Counted from the stretch's first letter, positions 1-10,715 are shown. The stretch is DNA of 64,000 nucleotides from Blastocatellia bacterium (GCA_963728545.1 CAVSKO010000002.1:358874-422873), one strand, 5' to 3'. Numbers and translations: made by a program. The notes: generated by a model not told the origin, from the letters alone.

Positions 1-47
1 CGACAGCCTCGCTTTAGAAAACTTCTTGATAAAGAAATAGGAGAGAG

Positions 48-992
48 ATGGAAAAGCGACTTTACCTGGTGACGGGTGGAGCAGGTTTTATAGGCAGTCA
101 CATCTGCGAACGACTTCTTAACGACGGCCACAGCGTCCGCGTGCTGGATAATTTCTTTTCGGGAAAAGAGGAGAATCTTAAATCAATTGGCGGCGAAGTC
201 GAGCTTGTTCGCGGCGACATACGCGACCGGCAAGTGCTGGCCGAGGCAATGAAAGGCGTGTGGGTAGTCTTTCACGAAGCCGCGCTCGGCTCCGTGCCGC
301 GCTCGGTTGCAGACCCTCTGACCACGCACGACGTGAATCTGACGGGGACGCTGAACGTATTGCTCGCGGCGCGAGACGCGGGCGTGCGCCGGGTCGTCTA
401 CGCGTCAAGCTCGTCGGTTTACGGCGAAACGCCGGAACTGCCTAAGCGAGAGAGCATGCAGACTCAACCGCTATCGCCTTACGCGCTGTCAAAGCTCGCG
501 GGCGAGCATTACATAAGAATCTTCAATCGGGTTTACGGTTTTGAAGCCGTCTCGCTTCGCTACTTCAACATATTCGGGCCGCGCCAGGACCCCGAGTCTC
601 AATACGCCGCCGTGATACCGAGGTTCGCCACCGCGCTGCTCGGCGGCAATCAACCTGTCATCTACGGCGACGGGATGCAGTCGCGCGATTTTACTTATGT
701 CGAGAATGTAGTCGAGGCAAACCTGCTCGCGGCGGAAGCCGAAGGCGTCGCGGGCCGTGCTTTCAACATCGCGTGCGGCGGGCGGTTCACATTGCTCGAC
801 CTGCTTGAGAGGATGAAAAAAATTATCGGGAGCGACATAGCACCAATTCACGAAGACGCTCGCGCGGGCGACGTTCGAGATTCACAGGCCGGGATCGAAG
901 CCGCCGAGGAAGCTTTCGGCTATCGCGTTAAGGTCGGTTTCGATGAAGGGCTGCGACGAACGGTCGAGTGGTTTCAAAAAGCAGAGCGGTGA
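48..992 (+). CDS. NAD-dependent epimerase/dehydratase, UDP-sugar 4-epimerase-like (WbpP/TviC/Cap family)
   Basis: N-terminal Rossmann GGAGFIGS motif; short-chain dehydrogenase/reductase YxxxK signature (SPYALSK); 314 aa, typical length. Confidence 0.8.
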   Translation: MEKRLYLVTGGAGFIGSHICERLLNDGHSVRVLDNFFSGKEENLKSIGGEVELVRGDIRDRQVLAEAMKGVWVVFHEAALGSVPRSVADPLTTHDVNLTGTLNVLLAARDAGVRRVVYASSSSVYGETPELPKRESMQTQPLSPYALSKLAGEHYIRIFNRVYGFEAVSLRYFNIFGPRQDPESQYAAVIPRFATALLGGNQPVIYGDGMQSRDFTYVENVVEANLLAAEAEGVAGRAFNIACGGRFTLLDLLERMKKIIGSDIAPIHEDARAGDVRDSQAGIEAAEEAFGYRVKVGFDEGLRRTVEWFQKAER

Positions 993-1005
993 GAATTATT
1001 TGAGA

Positions 1006-1974
1006 TCACTCTGACAGCGCATTGACGTGAGTCCTGACCGTCTCGCCCAGCGTATTGAGGTTGTAGCCGCCTTCGAGAATCGAGACGACGCGCCCCTCAG
1101 AGTGCCGGTCAGCCATCTCCATAACCTCTTTCGTCATTTCTCGAAAATCGCTGTCTTCAAGCATCAGCCCGCCGAGCGGGTCGCCGCGTCGAGAATCGAA
1201 CCCCGCAGAAATTATGATCAGATCCGGCGGAGCAACTTTCTCGATCTCTTTCAGCGCATCGGTAAAGGCTTCGCGATGAGAGCGGGCCGGTGTGCCCAGG
1301 CTCAGAGGGATGTTCAAAGTCGTTCCTTCGCCTTTGCCCTGTCCCCTCTCGTTGCTCGCGCCGGTTCCCGGGTAATAAGGATACTGGTGAGTCGAGAAAT
1401 AAAATACCGTAGGGTCGTCCCAGAAAATGTCTTGAGTGCCGTTCCCGTGGTGCACGTCCCAATCAATTATCAAAACGCGCTCGGCCCCGTACTTTGCTTG
1501 AGCGTACCTCGCGCCGATGGCCGCGTTGTTGAACAGGCAGAATCCCATCGCGCGATTTGGAGTCGCGTGGTGGCCGGGCGGGCGAACGAGCGCGAATGAG
1601 TTATCGGCTTCGCCCGTGAAGACAGAATCGACCGCGGTAATTGCCGCTCCTGATGCGAGGCGCGCAACCTCGAAAGACTCTTTGCTTATCACGGTGTCAA
1701 GATCGACAAACGGAACGCCGCGCTCGCAGAGGTTTCGTAATTGATCGATAAGGCGGCGGCCATGACACCGCTCGATGTCAGTTTCGGAAGCCGGCAGCGG
1801 AGATACTTTCTGCACGCGAGACCACAGCCGCTCATCGCCCTCAAGCGCGCTAACTATGACCCGCAAGCGGTCGGCGTTCTCCGGGTGACGCCCGGTCTGG
1901 TGATCGAGGTAAGCGGGGTCGTAAATCAGAGTCGTTGTCATAGGATTATTATAGGGGATTTGTCGCGAGGTCAA
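1006..1974 (-). CDS. histone deacetylase-family protein (AcuC / acetylpolyamine amidohydrolase-like)
   Basis: Arginase/deacetylase-fold motifs incl. DWDVHHGNGTQ and zinc-ligand Asp/His pattern; 322 aa. Confidence 0.8.
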   Translation of the reverse strand: MTSRQIPYNNPMTTTLIYDPAYLDHQTGRHPENADRLRVIVSALEGDERLWSRVQKVSPLPASETDIERCHGRRLIDQLRNLCERGVPFVDLDTVISKESFEVARLASGAAITAVDSVFTGEADNSFALVRPPGHHATPNRAMGFCLFNNAAIGARYAQAKYGAERVLIIDWDVHHGNGTQDIFWDDPTVFYFSTHQYPYYPGTGASNERGQGKGEGTTLNIPLSLGTPARSHREAFTDALKEIEKVAPPDLIIISAGFDSRRGDPLGGLMLEDSDFREMTKEVMEMADRHSEGRVVSILEGGYNLNTLGETVRTHVNALSE

Positions 1975-2005
1975 AAAGCACGCAGGCAGTAGAACAAAAA
2001 AACAG

Positions 2006-2033
2006 AAGGTGCGCCTGGTTAAGGGCGCACCTT
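2006..2033 (-). terminator. stem-loop (aggtgcgcc / ggcgcacct) with adjacent A-run on plus strand = U-run on minus-strand RNA; terminator for prolyl-oligopeptidase gene
   Basis: 9-10 bp perfect stem read directly; position between convergent/tandem minus-strand genes. Confidence 0.45.
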
Positions 2034-2219
2034 AGAGCTTAAAGAGGAGGGTTTTCACCTTGCTCACAAGAGGAAGAGGTATGAATCATCGCTCGCCGGC
2101 GCGGCGCTGCAAATAAAAATTATACCGCGCCAACCGCAAGCAAGATCACATGCTAGCTTCCCGTTTTAGAAAACGATTCCTTCTCGCAAAAGTTCCTCCT
2201 CATTGCTTTAGGAAGTAAT

Positions 2220-4392
2220 TTATTTGTTCATCGCGCCCAGCTGTTTAAATAAAAAAGCGTAAGTGTCGGCTTCCCGCTCGTTGCGCTGTTTTTGCGTCTC
2301 GCCACTACCGTGTCCTGCGTCGTAATCGATCCGTAGCAAAACGGGTTTGCTACTCGCCGAAGCCGCTTGCAATCGCGCCGCCATTTTCGCCGACATCCAG
2401 GGGGCAACGCGCGGGTCGTTGATGCCGTGCGTCAAAAGGACTGCCGGATATTTTACGCCGTCTTTGATCTTCAAATAACCATCCATCGCCAGCAGTGCTC
2501 TGAAACCTTCTTCGGTTTCGACCGAGCCGAATTCGGGGATATTTATAGCGCCGCTTGCGGTTGTTTCGCCGCGCAAAACATTGATGTAACCGACATTGAT
2601 AATCGCCGCGCCGAACAATTCGGGCCGTTCAGCAATCGCGTTGCTGATTAAAATACCACCTGCGCTTACACCTTGAATCCCCAGGTGTTCGGGCGAGGTG
2701 TATTTTTCCGCAATCAAATACTCGGCGCAGGCTATAAAGTCTTTCCAGGTGTTCGGCTTTGTCTTCCCTTTTCCCGCCAGATACCATTCTTTACCGTATT
2801 CGCCGCCGCCGCGAACGCCCGTTAAAACATACACGCCGCCGCGCTCTAGCCAGGGCAAAGCATTAGCAAAGAAGTCCGGCGAAGTGTTTTCATAGCCATA
2901 TGCGCCATACCCGTCCATCAAAACAGGATTTGAGCCGTCGCGCTTCAAGCCTCTTTTGTAGATGATAACGAGCGGGACCATAATGCCATCGTAGGATTTT
3001 GCTTTGGCGTTGACGGTCTCGATATGCGACATATCAATCGGAATCGGCGGAACGAGTTTGGTATCCGTTGAATTTCCGGTTTTCGGGTCGTATTTGAAAT
3101 GAGCAGTTGATTTTGTGAACGATAGGGTGCGGAAATAGATGCCGTCTGTATTTGTTTCGGTTGGCGTAATTCGAGCCGAGCCGCCGTAAGGCAGCCTGAT
3201 CAACTCCGCTTTCATCGTTTTGTAATCAACGCGCCAAATTCTTCTCATGCCGCCGTCGAGCGTCTGCACATACATTGCATCGCGTTGCGCTCTGCCTGCT
3301 TCGACTATGGCTTCGCCGCCGGAAAAGAAGGTTTCATCCTTGGTTAAATACTGTTGTTTGAGATTCGCGCGAACGATCTTATAACGCGGCGTATTTTTAT
3401 AAGTCGTCAAATACAGATCGTCGCCGCGCATATTCAACCCCGTAACTTCATCCTCAAAACCGACGATTTTGCGCCAGGGCACGGGCTTCTGGTTTAAAGC
3501 TTGGAGCTGAGTAGCATAAATTTCGATGTTCGGCGGCACACCCGAGTTGACATAAGTAAAAACGTATTTCCAATTCGGATCGGTATCAGGGAACGTCAGC
3601 AGTTTTTGGTCTAAACTGATATTCGGATTTACGTCATAACCGAAAACGGGTTTATCCGTATCGGGGTTCGTTCCCAAAACATGGAGATAAACACGGAGTT
3701 TTTGATATTTTTCAGTTTCCGGCGCGCCTTCGGGAAGTTTTTGCAGGCGATTGTAGAGAAAAGATTTTCCGTCAGGCAGCCATTCGCCTTCGCTGAAATT
3801 CGCCCGGTTCGATCCGCTCGCCCATATCTTTTCCGGTAGCGGTTTCAACGACGCGAATCTCGCCGACTTCCGAACCACCCGCGTAAATGAGATAAGAAAC
3901 GTATTTGCCGTCCCAGGAAATATTCCAACCGCCGAGCGAGTAACGCTTGCCGCCGTCGATTACTTTCGTCGGGTCAATTAAAAGGCGCTCCGCGCTCGTC
4001 AGACCTTCGCGGACATAAAGTTTATTGTCCGGCTCGCCCGGATTGCGCTTCAAATAAAAATAAAGATTGCCAAGCGGACGAACGCCGCTGATATTTACGC
4101 TCGCGCCGCTCAATCCGTTGAGTCGCTCTAAGATTTCGCCGCGCATCGGCATTTTATCAAGATAAGCGCGACTGTAATCGGCTTGCGATTTTATCCATCT
4201 CTGCGTTTCGCCCGCCTTCAAATCTTCCAGCCAACGATACGGGTCTGTGATTTTCTGGCCGAAATACTCGTCGCTTACATTACGCACTTCGGCTTTCGCC
4301 GGCGCGTTTTGCGCGAGAGTAGATGCAATAGATATTGAGACTAGCAAACAAGCGGCAAGATTTGTGGCGAAGAGGTATCGAAACGGTTGCAT
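2220..4392 (-). pseudogene. prolyl oligopeptidase family serine peptidase (S9A), split by an apparent frameshift (ORF fragments 3772..4392 and 2220..3878 overlap in different frames)
   Basis: N-terminal fragment has signal peptide + beta-propeller start (DPYRWLED); C-terminal fragment has S9 catalytic GVSAGG serine motif and DxxGHG; combined ~720 aa = normal POP length. Confidence 0.6.
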
Positions 4393-4409
4393 AAATCGTT
4401 ATCTTCTAT

Positions 4410-6843
4410 TCACTCATACCTCAACGCCACCATTGGATCCACTCTTGTAGCTCGGCGCGCGGGAAAGATGGTTGCGACCATCGCCGCCGCTGCCAGGACA
4501 AGCGACACCAGCGCGAAGGTCGTAAGATCGGTCGTCCCCACGTCAAAAAGAAGGCCCGACATTATGCTTGATAACACCACGGACAAGGCCACTGCTCCTG
4601 CGAATCCTATGACCAGGCCGATTCCGGTCAGCAGCATGCTTTGGCCTACAACCATCTTCAGTATGTCCAATGATTGCGCGCCGAGCGCCATCCTTATGCC
4701 TATCTCGTGCGTTCGCTGCGTGACTGAATAGGCGATAACGCCGTAGATGCCGACGACGGCTAAGACGAGCGCGACGGAAGCGAAGATGACAAGCAGCAGC
4801 ATGTTGAAACGCTGCCGCGATATTGATTCGGAAAGCACATCCTCCATCGTGCTGATCTCGGCGATGGGCTGTTCAGGGTCTATAGCGCGCACTTCGGCTT
4901 GCGCTGCCGACGCCAACGATCCCGGATCGGTGTGTGTGTGCAGCACAAAATTCATGAAAGCGTAAGGCTCACGCGCATGCGGCCAATAAATGGTCGGTTT
5001 TACTTCAAGGTTCAATCCCATATCGCGAATGTCGCCGACTACGCCCACGATCTCATCCGGCTCGTCGCTGTCCCAGCTTATTACAACGCGCTTGCCGAGC
5101 GGGTCTTCATTAGGCCAGTAGAGCCGCGCCATCGTTTCGTTTATCAAAAGCACTCTCTGGCTCTTCGCCGTATCTCGCTCGTCGAGCATTCGGCCCTTAA
5201 TCAAAGGTATCGCCATCGCGTCAAAATAGCTCGGCGTCACCACTCTCACGTCTGTAACGGGCTGTTCGCCGGGCGGGGGCTCGGGGCGATCTGTGATAGT
5301 GAAACCGGTGGCGGATCGCTGGCCCGCCAGTTGCAAAAAGTTTATCGCGCCTACGGACTCGACCCCTGGCAAGACGCGGAGCCTGTCTTCCAACTGCTTG
5401 AAGAAGGCTATGCGTTGCGCTTCCTGACTATATTTTGATCCCGGGAGCTGGAGTTTCAGAGTCAAAATATTTTCAGTCCTGAAACCGGGCTGTACATTTT
5501 GAAGCCGCATGAAGCTTTTGATCATCAATCCCGCGCCGATCAAAAGCACGAGCGACAAGGCCACTTCGGCTATGACGAAAAGATTCCGAACCATGCGGCT
5601 GCTGCCCGCAACCCTGGTCCCGCGCCCGCCTTCCTTGAGCGTCGCGTTGAGATCGGGCTTCGATGCTTGAAGCGCCGGCACCAGGCCAAAGATTATCCCT
5701 GTTAAAAACGATATGATGAGCGTAAACACAAGCACGCTCCAATCGATTGCGATTTCGTTAAGCCGAGGTATGTTATCAGGGCTGACGGCTACGAGAAGTT
5801 TCAACCCCCAGTAAGCGAGCAACAGCCCGAGCGCGCCGCCGAAAGTTGAAAGAAGCACGCTTTCAACCATCAACTGGTAGATGATTCTTGACCGCGCTGC
5901 GCCGAGGGCTGTCCTGAGCGCCAACTCTTTTTGCCTTGTCGCAGCGCGAGCAAGCAAAAGGTTGGCGACGTTCGCGCAGGCTATCAACAAAACGAAACCT
6001 ACCGCACCGAGCAATAACAGTATGATCGGCCTTATGTCTCCCACGATCTGTTCGTGGAGCGGAACCAGGTTCACATTCCATCCGGCATTAAATTTCAGAT
6101 TGGTCTGCTCTAATTGAGCCGCTATGCCTTCCATCTCTGCCTGGGCCTGGTCGCGGGTCACACCCGGCTTTAGCCTGGCGACGCTCAGCAGGAATCGGCC
6201 CGATGTCGCTCGATAATCAACGGCGGGGTCTAAGGCCAACGGGAGCCATATTTCCGTCTCCCGGTTCATGAAAATAAAAATCGGCGGGCATGACGCCGAC
6301 GACCGTATAACTCCTGCCGTTCAGCGTCACCGATTGGCTGAGTATTTCGTCGCGGCCTCCGAACAACTGTTGCCAGAGGCGATGGCTCAGAATCACGACC
6401 AGTTCATTTCCGGGCCGTCCTTCTTCTTCAGTAAAGGTGCGCCCGCGCAAGGCCTGAACTCCAAGCACGTTGAAAAAGCTGACAGTCACAATCTGAGCGT
6501 CGAGCACTCTAGGCTCACCCTGGCCCGTCAGGTTTCGCTGGCTGTTGGTGGTGAGCGCAGCCATCGGATCGAGCGTCTGGGTTTGTCGCGTCCAGTCTAA
6601 ATAATTAGCGGGAGAGACGACATTGGTAGCGCGATTTCGCGGAATGTTTCTCTCCCAAACCATAACCAGCCTGTCAGGGTCCGTGTAGGGGAGAGGGCGA
6701 AGAAGGACGCCGTTGACGACACTGAAGATGGCTGTGGTTGCTCCGATGCCTAGCGCAAGCGCGATTATCGCAACCGCCGTAAATCCTGGTTGCTTCCTAA
6801 GCACGCGCAAACCGTAACGAATATCTTGCAGAACTTTATCCAT
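4410..6843 (-). pseudogene. MacB-like / FtsX-family ABC transporter permease (Acidobacterial duplicated orphan permease type), split by apparent frameshift near 6220-6300
   Basis: Fragment 6217..6843 is ~65% identical to N-terminus of intact paralog 10716..13142 (MDxxLQDxRY...GFTxxAxLALALGIxAxxAIFSVVN); fragment 4410..6269 matches the remainder incl. two FtsX 4-TM modules; 53-nt out-of-frame overlap. Confidence 0.6.
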
Positions 6844-6870
6844 AGCCTGGCCCTCTCTATTGTCGTCTGC

Positions 6871-8082
6871 TTAATTTTTAGACCGCTGCCGTCTCCGAGG
6901 CGCGTCATCCTGTGTGTTCGGATCGGCTTCGATCTTTATATTCATATCCGCCGCTCGGCGGTCGCGCATCAAAATCATTCCCAGCGCCCAGGTTGCCTGT
7001 TTTCGCACGTGATTATTCTCATCCTTAGTCGCCGCGCTCAAAGCTTCGACGGCGCGGTAATCGCCTTTAAGACCTAACGCCCATGCCGCCTGCGAGCGCA
7101 CATGGCCGTCGGAATCTTTCAAAGCCGCCGTCAAAGTTTCTACGGCCCGGCTATCGCCCTTGAGTCCGAGCGCCCACGCTGCTTGCGACCGCACGTGCGC
7201 GTCTTGATCTTTAAGAGCCTCCATCAAAGGCTCGACCGCCTCACGGTCCCCCTTAAGCCCCAGCGCCCATGCCGCTTGCGAGCGCACATGGCCGTCGGAG
7301 TCTTTCAAAGCAAAGGTCAGTGGTTCCACAGCACGGCTATCGCCTTTTAGCCCTAACGCCCATGCTGCTTGCGAACGAACGTGATTGTCAGAATCTTTCA
7401 AAGCTACTATCAGTGGCTCTACGGAATCTCTGTTGCCTACAAGCCCCGAGGCCCACGCCGCTTGTGAGCGCACTTGCGGTTCCGAATCTTTGAGCGCTGT
7501 AATGAGAGGCTCAACCGCTCGCGAGTCGTGCTTCAAGCCCAGGCCCCATGCGGCTTGCGCGCGAACTTGCCAGGCAGAATCGCTTATCGCAGCAATCAAC
7601 GGCTCAACCGAGCGGTCATCTTTTACCAGCCCCAGCCCGAATGCAGCGTTCTTTCGCGCATACATCTCCTGGGTCTTTAATGCCTGGATGAGCGGGTCAA
7701 CCGCAAGAGGCCCAATCCTTGAAAGGGCGATAGCAGCTTCCTTGCCCACCGTGTCATCATCGTCAAAATGCGTGCTGTTACCTCTCCCACCGCAATCAAG
7801 CACTCTTACCTTCGTCTCATCGCCAAGCAGCCGAACCAGATGCGATATTGCGGGCGCGGCCCGCTCTCGCATCTGTCCAAGCGAGCAGGCGGCAGTAGCA
7901 CGCTCGACGGCGTTGCTGGATTTCAACGCTTCGATCAGCCTGTTCAGGTCAGAAGATGAAATATTCGACTCCTGCTGAGAAAACGTCGTCGTAGTTGCGC
8001 CTGACCCTGCTACGCGAGTCTGCGCGGTTGCGCCAAAAAGGCAGCAAAAGAGCATTGCTATCATTGCCAATCTTTTCATCAT
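6871..8082 (-). CDS. secreted HEAT-repeat (PBS-lyase HEAT-like) protein
   Basis: Signal peptide MMKRLAMIAMLFCCLFGATAQ; ~8 tandem 31-aa repeats VRSQAAWALGLKGDSRAVEPLxxALKD; acidic then Arg-rich C-terminal tail. Confidence 0.75.
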   Translation of the reverse strand: MMKRLAMIAMLFCCLFGATAQTRVAGSGATTTTFSQQESNISSSDLNRLIEALKSSNAVERATAACSLGQMRERAAPAISHLVRLLGDETKVRVLDCGGRGNSTHFDDDDTVGKEAAIALSRIGPLAVDPLIQALKTQEMYARKNAAFGLGLVKDDRSVEPLIAAISDSAWQVRAQAAWGLGLKHDSRAVEPLITALKDSEPQVRSQAAWASGLVGNRDSVEPLIVALKDSDNHVRSQAAWALGLKGDSRAVEPLTFALKDSDGHVRSQAAWALGLKGDREAVEPLMEALKDQDAHVRSQAAWALGLKGDSRAVETLTAALKDSDGHVRSQAAWALGLKGDYRAVEALSAATKDENNHVRKQATWALGMILMRDRRAADMNIKIEADPNTQDDAPRRRQRSKN

Positions 8083-8123
8083 AATCTCCTTTGACTCAGT
8101 TATGATCAGAGAGACTCATCGCT

Positions 8124-10172
8124 CTACAAGTCGCGGCTTGCGCGAGCGCGTCTGCGCGGCCTGGCGGGCCTTGGGTTCGGATTCTTGTCTTCATCCGGGT
8201 TGACCTCGACATCGATGTTGTCGGGTTCTATTTCTATATCTTGAGGCTCCTCATTCCCGTCGGTCTTCGTTTTGGTATCGAGATTTACGTTGATCCTCAT
8301 GGGCCGAGAGTTTACCAAGAGCATTCCGAGCGCCCACGCTGCGTTCTGTCGTACGTGAGGATGTTCGTCTTTCATCGCAGCGTTCAAAGGTTCTACAGCC
8401 CTCTGGCTGCCTCTCATTCCGAGCGACCATGCGGCCTGCGCCCTCACGTTCGCGTTCTCGTCTTTGAGGGCAGCTATCAAAGCGTCAACGGCGCGGCTAT
8501 CGCCTTTCATTCCGAGCGCCCACGCGGCCTGTGATCGAACTCTATGGTGTTCATCCTTCAGAGCGGCCATCAGCGGTTCTACGGCGCGGTGATCTCCCTG
8601 CATGCCGAGCGCCCATGCGGCCTCGGCCCTCACGCCTGCATCCTTATCATTGAGCGCGGCCGCTAACAAATCTGTAACGCTCTGGCCGCCTTTCATTCCG
8701 AGCGCCCATGCCGCCTGTTTTCGCACCTGCTCGTCGCCGTCTTTCAGCGCATCGATCAAAGCCTGGACAGCTCCGCTCGTTGTCTGCTCAGAAGATTTTT
8801 CCTCTTGTTGCTGCGGCTCTGCCGGTTCTACTGGATCTGCTTGATCTTCCTTTGAAGTCTCTTCGTCTTGCGGTTCGGGTTCAGATTGCTGTAGCTGTTC
8901 TTCCGTTTCCGATTCGGCTGTGTGAAACGATGGCGTCATCGTTTGAGTTTCAAATCGAGGATCGTTCTGCTTGAGCTGTGTCCCGATCAATTCAAGACTC
9001 TTTGATTCAGGCGGCGGCGAAGCCTTTGTCTGCGCCGTCGGGCGGAGGCTTGCGAGCGGAAGAATGATCAAGGCAAGGGAAAGAACCACGAGTGACGAAC
9101 CGATTCGGTTCAATCCTCTTCGGTTCAAGCTAGGGTCGAGGATAGCCAGCAGTCGCCCTTCGAGTTGCGACCGGCGCGCCATTGCTACCGCCGTTAAAGA
9201 TGAGCAGCTCCCCGATCTGAGCGAGCGCGCGGTTTCAAGCAGCAGGTCTGCGTAATCCGACGCCCTGGTGCCCGTTCCTAAGACTTGATCGTCGCAGGCC
9301 AACTCGCGCTCCATTCGCAAGCGGCGCGCGGCCATCCACACAAGCGGGTTGAACCAGTAAAGCGCGCAAGCCGTTTGAGCCATTGTCTGCGTCAAACAAT
9401 CTTTGCGTTTGACGTGAGCCAGCTCGTGCATCAATACGACGAAACGGCGTTCGCGCGGCCAGTTGTCAGCATCCGCGGGCAAAAGGATCGCGGGCCGTAG
9501 CGTGCCCCAGGTCTGCGGCATCGCTATCCTTGGGCTTTTAAGCAATGAAACTCGCCTGAGCAAACCTAGCTGGCGGCTTATGTCGAATGAGAGATCGGTC
9601 CAGGCCGGGTCAGTAATTTCATGCGCTTTGCGAGAGAGTAACCATACGGCTGCGATGCCGAATAAAAACCGCCCGAGCGAAATAAAGACCCCCGCGAGCC
9701 AGATTATTAAAATCCATTGACCCCAATTAACGGCTTCGTTTGATGCCACAGCAGATGATTCGTAATCTTTGGAAGCTTGCCCGTGTGAAGCAGGGACAGC
9801 CTGTGCTTCAAAAGCAAGTTTCGCATCCATTGCCGGGCGGGCGGGCTGCGCCTCACGCTTGGCCTTGTCCGTTCGAACAATCGCGGCGCTCCTTGTCGAC
9901 TCATCTGATTTAAGCATTGAAAATGATTCGGGCAAAATAGAGACGCGCCACGACGGGAGCCCATAAGTTAAAACCGGCAGCGCGAGCAGTCCCAAAAGCG
10001 ACAGGCTCCACAAAAGATGACGAGTCGCAGCCGACGCGCGCCGCAATATAGTGTTTAACGCGAGGGTGGCTAGAAGTATCGCCGTAGCTTTCAGCGCGAT
10101 GTCTAAAATAAAGAGCGTCGTCTGGTCTTCAATGGGCGAAAGCTGCAAGATTTCAAATGCCGTGTAGATCAT
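8124..10172 (-). CDS. BlaR1/MecR1-like M56 metalloprotease signal transducer fused to C-terminal HEAT-repeat domain
   Basis: N-terminal TM helices; M56 zinc motif HELAHVKRKD and downstream FNPLVWM; TM helix then acidic/Gln-rich linker, ~6 HEAT repeats (same repeat type as 6871..8082) and Pro/Arg-rich tail; start overlaps stop of BlaI-family gene. Confidence 0.75.
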   Translation of the reverse strand: MIYTAFEILQLSPIEDQTTLFILDIALKATAILLATLALNTILRRASAATRHLLWSLSLLGLLALPVLTYGLPSWRVSILPESFSMLKSDESTRSAAIVRTDKAKREAQPARPAMDAKLAFEAQAVPASHGQASKDYESSAVASNEAVNWGQWILIIWLAGVFISLGRFLFGIAAVWLLSRKAHEITDPAWTDLSFDISRQLGLLRRVSLLKSPRIAMPQTWGTLRPAILLPADADNWPRERRFVVLMHELAHVKRKDCLTQTMAQTACALYWFNPLVWMAARRLRMERELACDDQVLGTGTRASDYADLLLETARSLRSGSCSSLTAVAMARRSQLEGRLLAILDPSLNRRGLNRIGSSLVVLSLALIILPLASLRPTAQTKASPPPESKSLELIGTQLKQNDPRFETQTMTPSFHTAESETEEQLQQSEPEPQDEETSKEDQADPVEPAEPQQQEEKSSEQTTSGAVQALIDALKDGDEQVRKQAAWALGMKGGQSVTDLLAAALNDKDAGVRAEAAWALGMQGDHRAVEPLMAALKDEHHRVRSQAAWALGMKGDSRAVDALIAALKDENANVRAQAAWSLGMRGSQRAVEPLNAAMKDEHPHVRQNAAWALGMLLVNSRPMRINVNLDTKTKTDGNEEPQDIEIEPDNIDVEVNPDEDKNPNPRPARPRRRARASRDL

Positions 10173-10561
10173 TAGCGCCCCTCCTTTCTCGCCTCTTCTA
10201 TCAGCTTGGAAAGCCTGTCCAGGTCCGAAGCCGATAACTTGGACCGCGACATGTCAAGGAGCGTCGCCACCGCGTCTTCTGTCGAGTCGTCAAAAAACGT
10301 CTGTAGCATCTGCTTTAGCGCAGACTGCCTGGCTTTCTCGCGCGACACCGTAGGCAAGTAGACATATCGCAACCCGTCCATCTGGTGCTTCAACAATCCC
10401 TTTTCTTCAAGCAACCGCAGCATCGCCCGCACAGCCGAATAACTGGGCGGGTTTGGCAGGTCCTCCATCACATCGACCGCCGTAGCCTGCGCGCGCTTGT
10501 AAACGATGTCCATAATCTGACGCTCACGGCGGCTCAAATTCGTGTGCATCTGCTTTGTCAT
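10172..10561 (-). CDS. BlaI/MecI/CopY-family transcriptional repressor
   Basis: 129 aa; winged-helix Penicillinase_R pattern (LSRRERQIMDIVYKRAQATAVDV...SYSAVRAMLRLLEEKGLL); translationally coupled to downstream M56 transducer. Confidence 0.8.
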   Translation of the reverse strand: MTKQMHTNLSRRERQIMDIVYKRAQATAVDVMEDLPNPPSYSAVRAMLRLLEEKGLLKHQMDGLRYVYLPTVSREKARQSALKQMLQTFFDDSTEDAVATLLDMSRSKLSASDLDRLSKLIEEARKEGR

Positions 10562-10604
10562 CTGCGGCTCTCCTCTGAGAATCGAAATCGGCTTGAACTC
10601 GACG

Positions 10605-10620
10605 TGCTAATTTTTTAGCA
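10605..10620 (-). promoter_or_regulatory. candidate BlaI operator 1 (perfect palindrome tgctaa-TTTT-ttagca) overlapping putative -10 of blaI-operon promoter
   Basis: Read directly; on minus strand a TTGACT -35 and TAAAAA -10 (17-nt spacer) lie between the two palindromes. Confidence 0.4.
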
Positions 10621-10647
10621 TGTTGGATTTTTTAAGTCAACAAGAAA

Positions 10648-10665
10648 ATGCTAATTTTTTAGCAT
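10648..10665 (-). promoter_or_regulatory. candidate BlaI operator 2 (18-bp perfect palindrome atgctaattttttagcat) upstream of putative -35
   Basis: Second copy of same dyad 44 bp from first; two-dyad arrangement as in classical bla/mec operators. Confidence 0.4.
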
Positions 10666-10673
10666 CAGCTTGC

Positions 10674-10708
10674 AAAAAAATCGCTCTCGAATTCGAGAGC
10701 GATTTTTT
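10674..10708 (-). terminator. Rho-independent terminator (A-run, 11-bp perfect stem tcgctctcgaa/ttcgagagcga, T-run); bidirectional
   Basis: Perfect palindrome around GAATTC flanked by A7 and T6; immediately 3' of MacB-like permease (minus strand). Confidence 0.7.
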
Positions 10709-10715
10709 AGACCTG

